Source: Eukaryota sp. GEM-RC1 (taxonomy: Eukaryota). Taken from it: a stretch of DNA of 64,000 nt. The stretch spans positions 2,790,001-2,854,000 of the forward strand of contig JAUFOQ010000016.1 of the NCBI GenBank assembly GCA_040285855.1, in the 5' to 3' direction. Shown one piece after another: positions 50,853 through 63,241 of the stretch. The notes under the pieces were generated by a model, which saw only the letters and a list, made by a program, of their open reading frames with translations, had not been told where the DNA came from and ran no database searches. The position numbers and the translations under genes are program-made. Positions within the stretch are counted from its first letter, which is position 1; each line of letters starts with the position of its first letter.

Positions 50853-53800
50853 CTACAAAGTCAATCTCTCCAATCCCCAAAAAGTATCAGAGGCTTTCAA
50901 TTGAGATTCCTCCAAGAATTCAAAATCTTCACTGAAACAACAAACTTCATAGTCTTGCGAATCCATGGGATGAATTCCAACTCTCAAAACAAACTTCTTT
51001 AATAAACTAATAAATTCTCTAATGCGAGACTTTCGTTTAAGTTTAAGTAAAGATTGTACCTTACTAACAGAAAGTTTGGTTTTAAACTGATCCTGAACCA
51101 ATTCTTCAAGAAGCTGGAATGGGAAATGTAGTTCTACCGAATTTAATACTGTTAAAATCTGCCCAATAGGTTCATTTTCAAAAGAAGTCCAATATTTTGA
51201 CAGAAATCGTCAAGTTTTCTCTGCTTCAGGAATGCCTTTAAGCTCATAGATCTGTCATTTGGAAGCTCTGTAGCGATAGTTCTAGTGACAATAATAATTT
51301 CATTATAAAGAGGTAGGTAATCATCATCAATAATGGAAGGTGGACTGACAACATTATCATCAACAGTAAAACCTTCTTTAAATAGAAGGTCTTCTAAGTC
51401 ATATAAGTCCTTGGTTTTAGAAAGGAGGAACTCAGGAGATTCTATTGGTTCAATTCTGTGCTTAATCAATCCAGAAAGAATGTAACCGTCATAAACGTGA
51501 TCTACAACACGTAAACGGCAAGTGAAAGGATCAAAGGTGATACCACGACTGTCACACTTGATTTGAACAAAGGAATCAGAGTTGATTGAAAAGAGATCAA
51601 TCGATCCCAATGAATAAGTTCCAACAAGAGTATTATGAGTATTGACAAATTCCTCTTCAATTAGAGTTCGAATAGGCATAGCATCATCAGAATCGTCAAG
51701 AGTGAATAATCCAAGACAAGAAGAATCAGAAAGTTCTGTTGGTACAGGTAACATTTGACACCCTACAGTTAATTCTTCTTTATCCATTTGTTCCTGCAAA
51801 TTCGTCACAATTAAGTTATAACTATTACAAGCATCGTCAAAAGTTTACTACTGTGACGATCAGTCAAGATTGATTTGGATTCACAAACAATAGCTTTGTG
51901 TTTGAACATCGAAACAGTCTTTCCACGAACAAATTTCACCAGTTTTAAAAATTTAGGGAGATGTTCGGCAACACTCATAAAACTGTTTGATTTTGAAATA
52001 TCAACATTATTTAAAAATGGTGACGACTTATCAGGAATTTCGTAAACAATTGGTGACGATGCAACCAAAGAAGACAACGCAGCAACATCACAACCCAATT
52101 CCTCTATTGAAACTCCTTTAATTCCAGAGCTCAAAGTAAACGCAGTCAAATCAGACTTGGGAAGTGGATCAAGTTCAATTGAATCAAGAATACCCATGAT
52201 ACGAGCTTCGGTTTGTCGCTTTTGCTCAATTGTTGTACATACAAAATTTGGAAATTTATGAGAAATTTTTCGAATTACGTGTGCAATGATTAAAGAAACT
52301 TGAGGTCTAGTAACACGCAGAACAATGGCCAAAACATCTAAACATTCAACTAATGTATCACGAAGTTGAGCCAATCCATGTTCAACGTCATACATTCTAG
52401 CATACTGGTCTGCAATACTATTAGTAACACAAGCACGAGCTAAGACCATGTACAAAAAGATACTTGATCCAAGTAACCAAGATCTTCGATTTGAATAGCG
52501 GAACAAACCCTTCATACAAGGTTCTAAATGTATAATAACAAATACATCGTAACAACCAGGTTGTAGTCCAGGTTGCCATTGAGGATTGGATGAAAAGTGT
52601 TTGAAAGGAACTTCGCATGAAGAATTACATGTTGACCAATTGACAGCAGAACATTTTGGACACTTATGTTCACTTGACCCTAACCAAACATCAGAACCTC
52701 TACCAAAGGCGTGAACTCCTGAACTTCCACAATTACTAACAACAGCAGAATAACCACAAGTTAAACAGTAATAGATGTGTAGGAAACTCTTATTCATATT
52801 TAAATCAATTCTTGAAAAACAACTATTTGGAAAATTGAAAGGAATATAAGCAGCTTCAATAGACGCAGTGGTAAATGCCTGACAAGAATCAGAATTTAAA
52901 ATTTCTCCAACTGGCAGTAAACAGGCAAGGGAATTATCAAAAACATTGAAAATGTGTTTAAAATTTGATTCTGGTATATTCATATTCTTAGAAATTAAAA
53001 TAGCAGAAACCTTATGCCCAGTGATTTTAGATAGGTCAATAGCTCCGCTTTGAAGTCTTTGGACTTCTTCAATGATTGCAGGATTATTCTTATAGTCAGT
53101 ATCATTTGCTAAACCATTAAAATCGTCATCATTCAAGTTCAATGGGGCAAGTAACTCCTGTTTTTGACTGGTAGTTCCATCTGAATCCTTGATTAAACAA
53201 GAAAGAGCTTCCATTGCTTCACCCTCAGTTCCACGTGATAAAAGTAAACGAATAAGGAAAGTCTTTACTCCAATCAAATGTGATTTTGTTCGTACTGATT
53301 GGTCAAGTGAGAATATCAACACTTCGATAGGAATTGGTTGGTTTTGGTCAATAAGATCTGCAACCAAAATAGAAAATAACTTACTATAAAGAGTAATTAG
53401 AGTTAGTTGTGAGGCTTTACCTAACTTAGCCAGTACTTCAGACAGAGTTGGTAATTGTAATCCAAGTTTAGGTAGAGATGAAACAAAAGACTGTGACAAA
53501 GAAGCCAAAAACCATGGAAAAGATTCAGAATAAATATAAATTAAGAAAATCAGATCAAGAATTGGTGATGTTGCTTCAATGAATGGTAATAACTGTGTAT
53601 GGGCAGAATCAGATTTCAATTTTTCAAACAATTTTTGAAAAATTAATGGAGCAACATCACCAATAACAGAAGGATCACTAACAAGCTCAAAAAGATTAGA
53701 CTGTAACAACAACTCAGGATCAAAATGATCACATAGAGCTCCAATGACACGTAAGCGATGAGGTGTTGGATCTTTCAAGAAGAATTTAATAGTGTCTAAA

Positions 53801-55268
53801 ACACCTTGCTTACTAGTAATTAAATTCTCAGAAGCAAGTTCTTCAGGACAATAAAGAATATATGCTAACTTTAACCAAGAAGTACATATTCTACCTAAAG
53901 AACTATCCTCAATCTCTAAAGAAAGATGAGATAACACAGCTTCTTTGGCTTGAGGTGTAGGAGAAAGAGAATTAATGAGCTGGAAACCCAGAGCTGTCGT
54001 TGATTGAAGGTCAAAGACTGGAGTATTTGATGGTACACTCAAAGACTTTACAGTAGATTGTATACAGGACTTATAGTTTGTAAGTTGATTCTCGGCATCG
54101 TGGACTTTCTCCTTTAAAACATTGTTTTGATGTGTCAAAAGAGAGATAGTTTCATTAAGAGAATTCTCTTTGTTGGTAAACTGTGAGTTTAAATTCACAA
54201 TATTTTGATCATTCGATTGTAAAAGATCAACATTTTCTTTTTTTAAGTCAGTAACTTGACTTTTCAGTGAGGATATTTCATCTGATAATTGCAGATTTGG
54301 AGCTACAACAGCTTCATTATCATCACAATCAGAAACATTCACATTTTTAATAATCTCAGTAATTTCACTGATTGTTGGTCGTATCATGGGATCAGAATTC
54401 AAACATTTTGAAATTAAATCCTTTAAACAATCAGGTACTGAAGAATCAAAATGTAATGGTTTGTCTCGAAATTTAGCACCAATAATTTGATTAACCGAAT
54501 ACCCTTCAAAAGCTTCTTTTCCAGACAAAATTTCATACATAACTAATCCAAGTGAATAAATGTCACTAAAAGGACCAGGAGAATCATCAAATTGTTCAGA
54601 AGCAGCGTATTTCGGAGTTACGGCATGTGTCTTTGTTACCATGGTAGTGGTAGTAGAAACAGTTTTGGAGGTACCAAAATCAGCAACTTTAACGTGACCA
54701 TCCACTAGAAGTATATTACCTGGTTTCAAGTCACCATGTACAACAGACTTCAGGTGGAGAAACTTCACACCCTGGCAAAGCTCTTTAGCGTATCTAAGTG
54801 TTACTGGAGAAAGAGAACTTGGGAAGGGGGAGGGAAGAAGAAGCTCTTTCCATCACGATACCAATGGAATCATTGAAGAAGGAGATGCCATAGACACGTA
54901 TAATAGAGGGATGATTCAGGTTGTAGAGCAGATTCATTTCTTTTTGGAGTTGGAGTTTTCCTACATCTGTAAGTTCAACCATCTTTACAGCGACAGGGAG
55001 ATCGGACCATTCAGCAGCGTAGACGACAGCAAAACCACCTTCAGCTATTTTAGTTCCGAGAAGTATGTGATCGGAGGGAATTTGAGGACAAAGATCGCCA
55101 TTACGAGAAGATCGGATGAGATCTTGTAGAGCAAAATTAGGTTTTGTTACGCTGAGAGATTGACTACGGCAGACAGGACAGATGTCCAATGCAGCTGAGC
55201 ATTGAGCACATGCGGTGTGTCCTTCACTACAAATCAATAATGGAGTCATAACAAACAACACAATCCAT
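50853..55268 (-). CDS. Gene D: RING + TKL-like kinase + coiled coil + helical region + RZ-like finger + RNF213-like C-terminal domain; possible pseudogene
   Basis: ORFs 54794-55279, 51811-54768, 51152-51808 and 50853-51101 are collinear with gene C. There is a ~23-nt frameshifting deletion in the RING (~55243) plus homopolymer indels. Confidence 0.78.
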
Positions 55269-55469
55269 TGATAGATCAAGAATAGGAATGAGTTACTAAT
55301 GATTGAAGTACTATAGTATAAAGCGAAGAAAGGATCATTTTTACTAACGACATGTGGTCCTCATCCATCAACACACAGCATCTATTAGTACTACGTCTAC
55401 ACGTAATAGTAGACTTGATAGTCTTATTGAGAATAACTCTGTCCTCGATGTTTCTATAAGTGAACCAAT

Positions 55470-57592
55470 TTCAATTGCAGTGGGTGAAACAATTTCTCGT
55501 ATTTTTTCAACTTTGTGCTTTAGGAGAGTCAGAGATTCCTCTGTTGAATTCTTTAGACCGTTTCAATTTGCAGTTGGAGTTCCTGATGGTACTACGTGTG
55601 CTGCTTTAACCTCTGATTTTCTTTTTCATTCAAATGAGGAAAATGCCATTTTGAACATTGATTTTAAAAATGCATTTAATTGTGTTTTAAGATCAACTAT
55701 ATCTGACGAACTTTCTAAATTTTTTCCTCAGTTGATTCCCTATTTTAATATTTTTTTATGGTAAAGCGTCGAATTTAATTTATGACAAGTTTGATATTAA
55801 ATCAACTAGAGGGGTTAAGCAAGGTGATCCTTTGGGTCCTTTTTTGTTTTGTCTCGCTCTGCAAAAATTATTTAAAATCTTACAATTAGAATTTCCAACT
55901 GTTAAAATTTGTGCTTATGCTGATGATTCTTCGCTGATCGCTCCAGTTGACGTTCTCAAAAAGTGTTTTTCACGTTTCATCGAACTTTCTTTGAGTATTG
56001 GTTTAACAATCAATTTTGATAAGTGTTTTCTTGTTGTTAAGTCTTCGAATGTTTCTAATCTTGGTTTTTGTAATATTCCTATCATCGATTATTCTACTCA
56101 ATGTTTTCGTTTCCTTGGCACGTTTTTGGGAAATTATGAGAAAATTCATTCAGAATTGGAGAGTTCATTAACTACAATTGAAGAAAAACTAAATCAAATA
56201 TTATCTTTAGATGTGAGCAAACATGTTTCCTTTGCTATGCTTCAGGTCTGTTTTTCCGGGAAAATTAATCATTTTTTACGTTCATTAGACTATTCCCTTA
56301 CTGAAACATTTGCCAAGAAATTTAATTCTATTAGAACAAATTTTCTCTCTAACTTGGCTGAAATTGATGAGTCTAAGATTCCATTTCATGCTTTTTATTC
56401 TTCTGAATTCGCAGGAGTAGGTTTCACCCATGCAAAAATCATTAGAAAATCTGCTCTTTTAGGAGGTGTTAAGAATTTTATGTTTGAATTTTTGAAACGG
56501 TTTCCCTTGGATGGAATCAATCTGTTGAATTCCAGTAATTGCCGTTGGATTCAATCTGTTAAAGATTTGTTATCATCTTTGTCTCCTGAAATGTGGGAAT
56601 CTTTGTTCCCTGCTCATTTGAAGGAGACTCCTTTAAAAATATTTCATCTCTACCATCTGCTGTATGTAAGCTGCAAAATAAATTGACAAGGAGTTTGAAC
56701 TCTTGGACTTTAATAATCGTATTAGCTTGGCTAAAACTAATAGTCCCGAGTTCGCTGCTTTTTTAATCGATCTTTGTAATAGTGGACCTTCTGGATTTAT
56801 TTCTCAAATTCCAAAGGTGTATGGATTACATCTATCTGATGAAGCTTGGATGATCAATATGCGTCTTCGTTTGGCTATTTGGCCTGCAAATTTATTAAAC
56901 TATTCAACGTGCTCTTGTGGAGCTAATGGTGTTTTTCGTCATTTAATTAATTGTCGTTATTTTATTCATCTCCGTGCAGTAATTCATGATGGTGTACGTG
57001 ATTCTTGTTATTCCATGTTTAAAGCACATGGTTTTCACTCTAAAGTTGAACCAGTTTTGAATCATCTTTCAGAAAATGAATTTACTGATCAAAAACGAGG
57101 GGATCTACATACTCCGTGGCTTAAATCGAGTCAAGCATTAATGGATTTTACTACAGTAGATGTATGTAACAAATCTTGTGTTAGTAGGATATTAGATTCT
57201 TCTTTTAATCCATTAACAGCAGCTGAAAAGCTCAAACACACCAAGTATGACTCTCAAGTAGAAGAATTAAATAGAAACTCATATTCCAAATTTGTGTTTC
57301 AACCTTTTGCTGTTTCTCTTTTTGGATCTATTAGTCCTGCTGGTGATCAATTTTTCAAGGATTTCGAAGAATTGTGTAAAGAAAAGAAGCGTAAGTTTAG
57401 AATGGCTGAATGGAAAAACCGTATAGTGTTTTCCATATATCGGAATATGCCTTTCTATTTCTCTAGATTAATTGAGAAATTGTACAAGTTTGGTGTGAAG
57501 GTTCATGTAGATAAACGTAATCTTTTACCGGGTGGTGATGAAGTCGTTTGGATTTAATCTTAGTATTATTTGTTTGTTTTTACAATTTCATA
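55470..57592 (+). mobile_element. 5'-truncated CRE/R2-group non-LTR retrotransposon (RT + zinc knuckle + restriction-like endonuclease)
   Basis: IAVGE, QFAVG, DFKNAFN, GVKQGDPLGPFLF, YADD and FLG RT motifs; CSCG...HLINC, RGDL..DFT and AEKLKHTKY endonuclease motifs; frameshifts at ~55755 and ~56640. Confidence 0.9.
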
Positions 57593-58051
57593 GTTTGTAG
57601 AAAGGTTACCTTATTGGGTGCCGAATAAACATCTCTCTTTAGTGAACCAACACTTTTTTCGATTCTTCTACTAAGGAAGTTTTTAAATTTGCTTGAAAAT
57701 TTGTGTTCAGAATTTGATAAGAAGTTTAACATCGCGTACTGGATGAGTAAAATTGATGTTTCGATTTTTTAGTCTTTTTTAGATTTGTTGATTCCATTTT
57801 GGCCAAGTTGTTTGGTGGTACACTATTTTTGGGAATTGGGTAATTCGTTTGATACTCTGTTTTTTATAATCTTTATTTATTTGTTGTTTTCTTGTTGTGT
57901 GTTTTTCTTCGCAGATAAATCCGTTTTTATTACCAGGTCCACTAAAGTCACTTGAGTAGAGTGTACCTACATCTAATCATCAATATCCACAAAGTCCAAA
58001 ATTTGTCTTTGGAGATACAAATGATCTTGTGATCTACTTTCAACATAGTGT

Positions 58052-58400
58052 ATGTTTGAAGGTAATTTCTGGACTGATGCTCATCTCATTGGTTTCGTCA
58101 AACCCGGTCAGGGAATTAAATCTGATGGAATCCGTCCAATTGCTTTTGGACAATCAATCTCCCGTTTCTTTGCTTCAATTGTTTTTAATCGAGTGGTTGA
58201 TACATCAGGTCGCTTTTTATCTCCATTCCAATCTGGAATTAAGATATCATCTTTGTTGTTTAATTCTCATGATGATAACTTAACTTCTATTGTCCATTCT
58301 ACAATGCATTTGATTCCGTTAGTCGTAAGTACGTTTTTGCTTTGACTGAAAAAGAGTATTCTGAGTTATCATCCTACTTTTTTTCATTTTATTAAAAATC
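58052..58400 (+). pseudogene. Short RT fragment of a related non-LTR family
   Basis: LIGFVKPG...DGIRPIAFGQSISR...LSPFQSGI...NAFDSV. Confidence 0.65.
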
Positions 58401-59044
58401 AAGTGATTACATTTGTGATGTTACTACAATTTTGAGCACATAAATCTCATGTTATAACATCAAGAATTATTTGACTGGAATTAATAAAGAGAAGATGTAA
58501 GTCAACTCGATCCGAATTATTAATTGAATCAAGACTGAATCACCGAATACTGTTCTAAATGACAAAATCCATGAGATTCAATCATTCAAATGTAACATCT
58601 GTGACAATATTATGAAGGAACGAAATTGAATGAATTTGGGGCTATTATTTACATATCTAAACCTTGGACAGCGATGATTACTACATAAACATTCAGAGAT
58701 GTCGTGCAAATCAGCACAAAACTACGTGTACGTTTTTCAAAAACTAATTCTGAAAATTTATAAAGGCAAGTATTCCACATCAAACCAGTCATTGTCCTTT
58801 TACAACTTAGAACAAATGTAACTGTTGTACTTAGGAGAGGTTTTGTAATGCGCAAACATAATACGATTAAACCTAAAGAACCAAAAAAAGCCGTACATTA
58901 GAACGAACAAAAGGTCAGAATCAAACGTATTGCTAACCTACACTGTTAATTAACTAAATTGTATGTATAAATTATACACATTGAATACAATTTTGTTTAT
59001 TAGTAAAGAATATATGATAGCAAGTCATAATCAATCAAGTCTAT

Positions 59045-62000
59045 TTAGGTTTCATCCTTTTCAGACAACTTACCAAAGTCCATCATGAGAGGGATTAAAC
59101 ATGAAGGTTCTGGGTGAACATTATACAAAAGCTTATCACCGTCACCTTTTTGATATGGATTGATAGCAGCTACTAAGCGGACTTTTGGATGTAAAGTTAG
59201 AGTTCCAAGCTTTCTGTTGGTAATTAAACCAGACACGAGTCCTAAGAAATCAGAAGCATTACATTCATCTAAAAATAGAATCGGAAAGAGAGGACTTTCA
59301 GGAGGAAGTAGTATGGCAAGATTGTTGACCCTTTTAATAGTATCTTCTACTTCGCGAAGTTCTGTACCAGCATTTACAGTAACGTTAACAAACAATTCTT
59401 CCCATATATTAGGATTTTCAACACATTCATTCCAAAATAAAATAAAACTTAAACATTCAAGTAAATGAGTTTTTCCAACACCACTAGCACCTCGAAGAAT
59501 GGTAGGCAAATTAGCAGAAAACCTAAGAGCAATTAAGGTTTGTTTAAGGTAAGCATCACCAGTAAGGGCGTAGCTTCCGAAACGTTCTTTCCATAATTTA
59601 GGTGGCACAGAGCTGTCAAAAGTAAACGAACGAATTATTGAAATTTTTCCTTCATCAGTGGCTGGTATTTCGACTGAATCCCTGGAAGAAGTGTTCATAT
59701 CGATATAGGTTTTGAGAGCATTTGGAACGGTACTTCCTCTTGGAACTGTAATTGAAGGAGAATCACGAGTTAACATGAACATAACATGATTCATATCATT
59801 CCAATTAACCACAACTTCATCTCTATCAGGAGCACTGATCGTGGGTACTGACATGAGAACGGTCTGACGGGCAAAGCCAAATATTAGATCAATACCACCA
59901 CGGCGAATGTCATCAGTTTGACTGTCACTGTACCCATTTAGAGTCATAATCTCAGGAGAAAAGGCGACAGCTTGACCAAAATAGTACAATTGTGATCCCA
60001 GTAAAGAAACAATATCTGTAAGTAGTCTAAATGACCATTGACTTTGATGAGGAGGAGGTAGATCTGCAAAAGTATTAGTAAAAAGAGGTTCTAACGAAGC
60101 AGAAGAATTGAGAAGAGTGGAAAGAAAACGAGAAATTGTAGCGACGTGTGCTTTCATTTCTTCAGAAGTGAATTTAACATGGCGAAAATCAAAAGTAAGT
60201 TCATGGACAAGATCATCTTTGTTTGGATATAAAGAATCAATAAGAGAATTATACCAATTAAATGGAGTTAAACTGGCTCTGGAATATGAAGCAAACTCAA
60301 TATACATCTTTTCCTCAAGTCTAAAAATAGAACCATTGTGCCGAAGACCTGAGAGAAAGGACAATGAAAACAAAATGTAACCAGTATTGTAGAAGTCTTG
60401 GGAAGTCAAATTGGATGACGTTGTCCAGTGTTCTCGAGTGAACGTTCTTTTTAAAACATCCAAAGGCTCTCGAATGTCTAAATGAATATTAGGATTTGTC
60501 CAATCAATCTTATCATCACGAAGATATTTTTCAATAAACTCAGAAATATTAACTTTTCCCGAAACATTAAATGTTTTTGTATGAGTTTCAATCAAACCTT
60601 CAGGAACGCATTCTCTTAAACACCTTGTAGTTTTACCTTGACCAGGTACTGCTGACGTGTAAATTGCACCTACAGAACAGCTTTCTAATACTGAAGACAA
60701 GTCAACTTCCGAAGGAAGGGTACCAAGTGCACAGTGGATATTGTCAAGGAAATCAGTACCAGACCCAACGACAGAAATTTTAAAATTGTCCTCATTCTTA
60801 TCCTTCATATAAGTGAAGAACTTCTCTCGAACGGAAAATCTCAATTGATCAAAACCAATAATTAATCGTTCAGATACTAGTGAGTCAGACATAACAGCAA
60901 CTAAAGAACTGAAAGAAGTTTCCCAATTACAAATTAAAACATTTCGAATGTTCAATTCAATCTCTCTATGAACTGCTATTTTCAAAGCATCAGTGAAAAG
61001 ATTTGATAGAGAATCTGATTGAAAGTACGAGACTGATCGGTCTTTAATTTCAACAACAGGAGCTGCAGAATTGAATATTTCCTCGAGTTTAACATTGACA
61101 GTATAACTGGCATCAATTCCAGATTGAGCTGAATTATTTGCAAAATATTTTGGGATTTCAAAATATCTTACTATATCAGCCACGTGACGATTCAAAAGAA
61201 AGTTTGAAATTTCTTTCGGATGCATGCCTCTAAACCAGCCATTTTGAGCTTGTTCCAAGAGAGACATCCAAGTATCACGTAATTCTCGTAAAGTCTCGAC
61301 TTGTTGTTGAATACCAGAGTTATGTTCTTCAATCATAACAATAAGTTCAGGCTCATTAGATTTGATGGGAAAACCACAATCAACTAATTGTCTCAAAATA
61401 AAAAGTGTTTCATCAACTAGTTGAGATATATTTAAAAATTGATCTCTTTTTTCATCATCAACTCCAGACTTTCGATCAACTTGTTCCTCGTTATTATCAA
61501 TAGATTCTACTTTAAGACGAAGTCCTTCAGCTCTAGCTCTATGAAACTCTTCTTCTGGGATATCAATTGTACTATCTTCTCCAGTAGGAAGCTGCAGTCT
61601 GACAGTAATGGTCTCAAGATTGAAACGTAAAATACCTTCTTGGAAATTACACTTAGAAATGATATTAATCAATGCAGATTGATCACCATCACTGACCAAC
61701 AACTCGTCAATCGCCTTGATTGCACTCTTTAATTGATTGATTGACTTAACATCTGCAGCAACACGTTGAGGAGAGTTACAATTTTGTTCATCCATTCATG
61801 AAGATTTCTTAATAACTGACGCATGTTAACATTTCCATCATCAAACATTGGCTTTAATACAGAATTCCATAGAGATTTGGGATCATCCAACATACTGATG
61901 AAAAACTGAGCGACAGAGCTATTAACAGTATAAGAGGCGGCAAAGTTACCATAGAGCTTAGAGGAAAGTTCTTCCGGTGTTAAAGTAGAGTGTTTGTTCA

Positions 62001-62803
62001 GAATTGAAAGTAAGTCATCCGCATTGTTAAGAAGTTGGAAGATTTGTAAATACAGTGGCGGTGACGTACGATTGCAATGACTGCAATCAACCATTGAGCT
62101 CAACTTCTTGGAGTAAGATCCAAAGTCAGATAATAGAGAGTCTGGAGAGAGTTCTGGAACAGAAGTAATTCTTCTATCAACAATGAACGTTGAAACTAAG
62201 ATTGAACTAAATAATCCAGACGAATTCTTGAAACAGGCAATGATTGGATCCCACACGTGACGATTGACCCATGATTTGATATTAAACAGAACATCTTTCT
62301 GAAGTTTTCCAGAGGGATCAAGGAGGGAAAGAATTTCCATTTCATTAGACATTTCTTCTTCTTTAAAACTACTATAAATAGACTCCAAATGAGAAGCCTT
62401 GACATCAGGTTCAAGCAGTTGGGCAATGAACTGTACAATTTGTTGAGAAATTGTAGTAGCAGCTGCTACAGGATCAATTCCAGAAGGAACATCACCATCT
62501 TGATCGTTTCCAAAAGAATCTTTGACGTCTTTGTCATCACTAAGCAGAGCGGCAGGATGCTCAATCAGGAAATCGGAACATGAATTAACATAGCCGGTGT
62601 AGAAATGATGGAATAAAGCCGTAGAAGAAATCTTTGCAACCAAAAATTTCACGGGGGGAATTATTATCGATCTGTAAGTCTTTCAACAAAGCGGAAGCTA
62701 TCTGTGTTCTGAGGGGAGAAATTGGAAACGATATCATCATCAAGAGAAGAACAAGAGATTGAAATTCATTCCGCAATTCTGACAAGTTTGATACGCTCAA
62801 CAC
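59045..62803 (-). CDS. RNF213/mysterin-like AAA+ ATPase fragment (stalk + first two AAA modules), frameshifted and apparently truncated at both ends
   Basis: YTSAVPGQGKT and IHLDI (first module); ILRGASGVGKT, ILFLDECN, VAAINPY and LLYNVHPEP..LIPLMMDFGKLS (second module). These match my recollection of RNF213 motifs (GETGCGKT, FFDEAN, AACNPY, LVYRVHALP..LIPLVWDFGQL). ORFs 62585-62803, 61729-62652 and 59045-61795 overlap by frameshifts. Confidence 0.8.
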
Positions 62804-63241
62804 CGGCTACACCATTTAAGGTGTATGTAACATGTAATGATTAGGTGTTTAATTACATGAGAGTGTTATATTCATCTGAATCACAAACCTCTACGGTTCG
62901 TATGGGTCCGGTTAACACACACACACATTTCTGCACATCAGCAGAAACTATCTGTATTTGAACAACATTACTAACAGTGTTTTCTGAGAATTGACTTTGT
63001 ATAATGAGATTGTAAGCTGGCATAACAAATTTCTCTTGTAATTGACTGTACATCATAACTAGGTATCACAATCAACTTTAATACAATGCAAGTAATAAAA
63101 TCACTTTATTCTACGTGAATTGGGAACTTGCTTTTGATGGGGTCCTTCCAATGTCCTTAAAAGGATTTCAGTGTTGAGTAAAAGGCTGTACACATGTGGA
63201 TGACACATTCAGTATTACACTACATCATGCTGAATGTTCCT

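Noticed and set aside
34968..62803. Frameshifts in the cluster genes as tiny introns
   Set aside because: Paralogue alignment shows single-base indels, mostly in homopolymers, and no GT-AG insertions.
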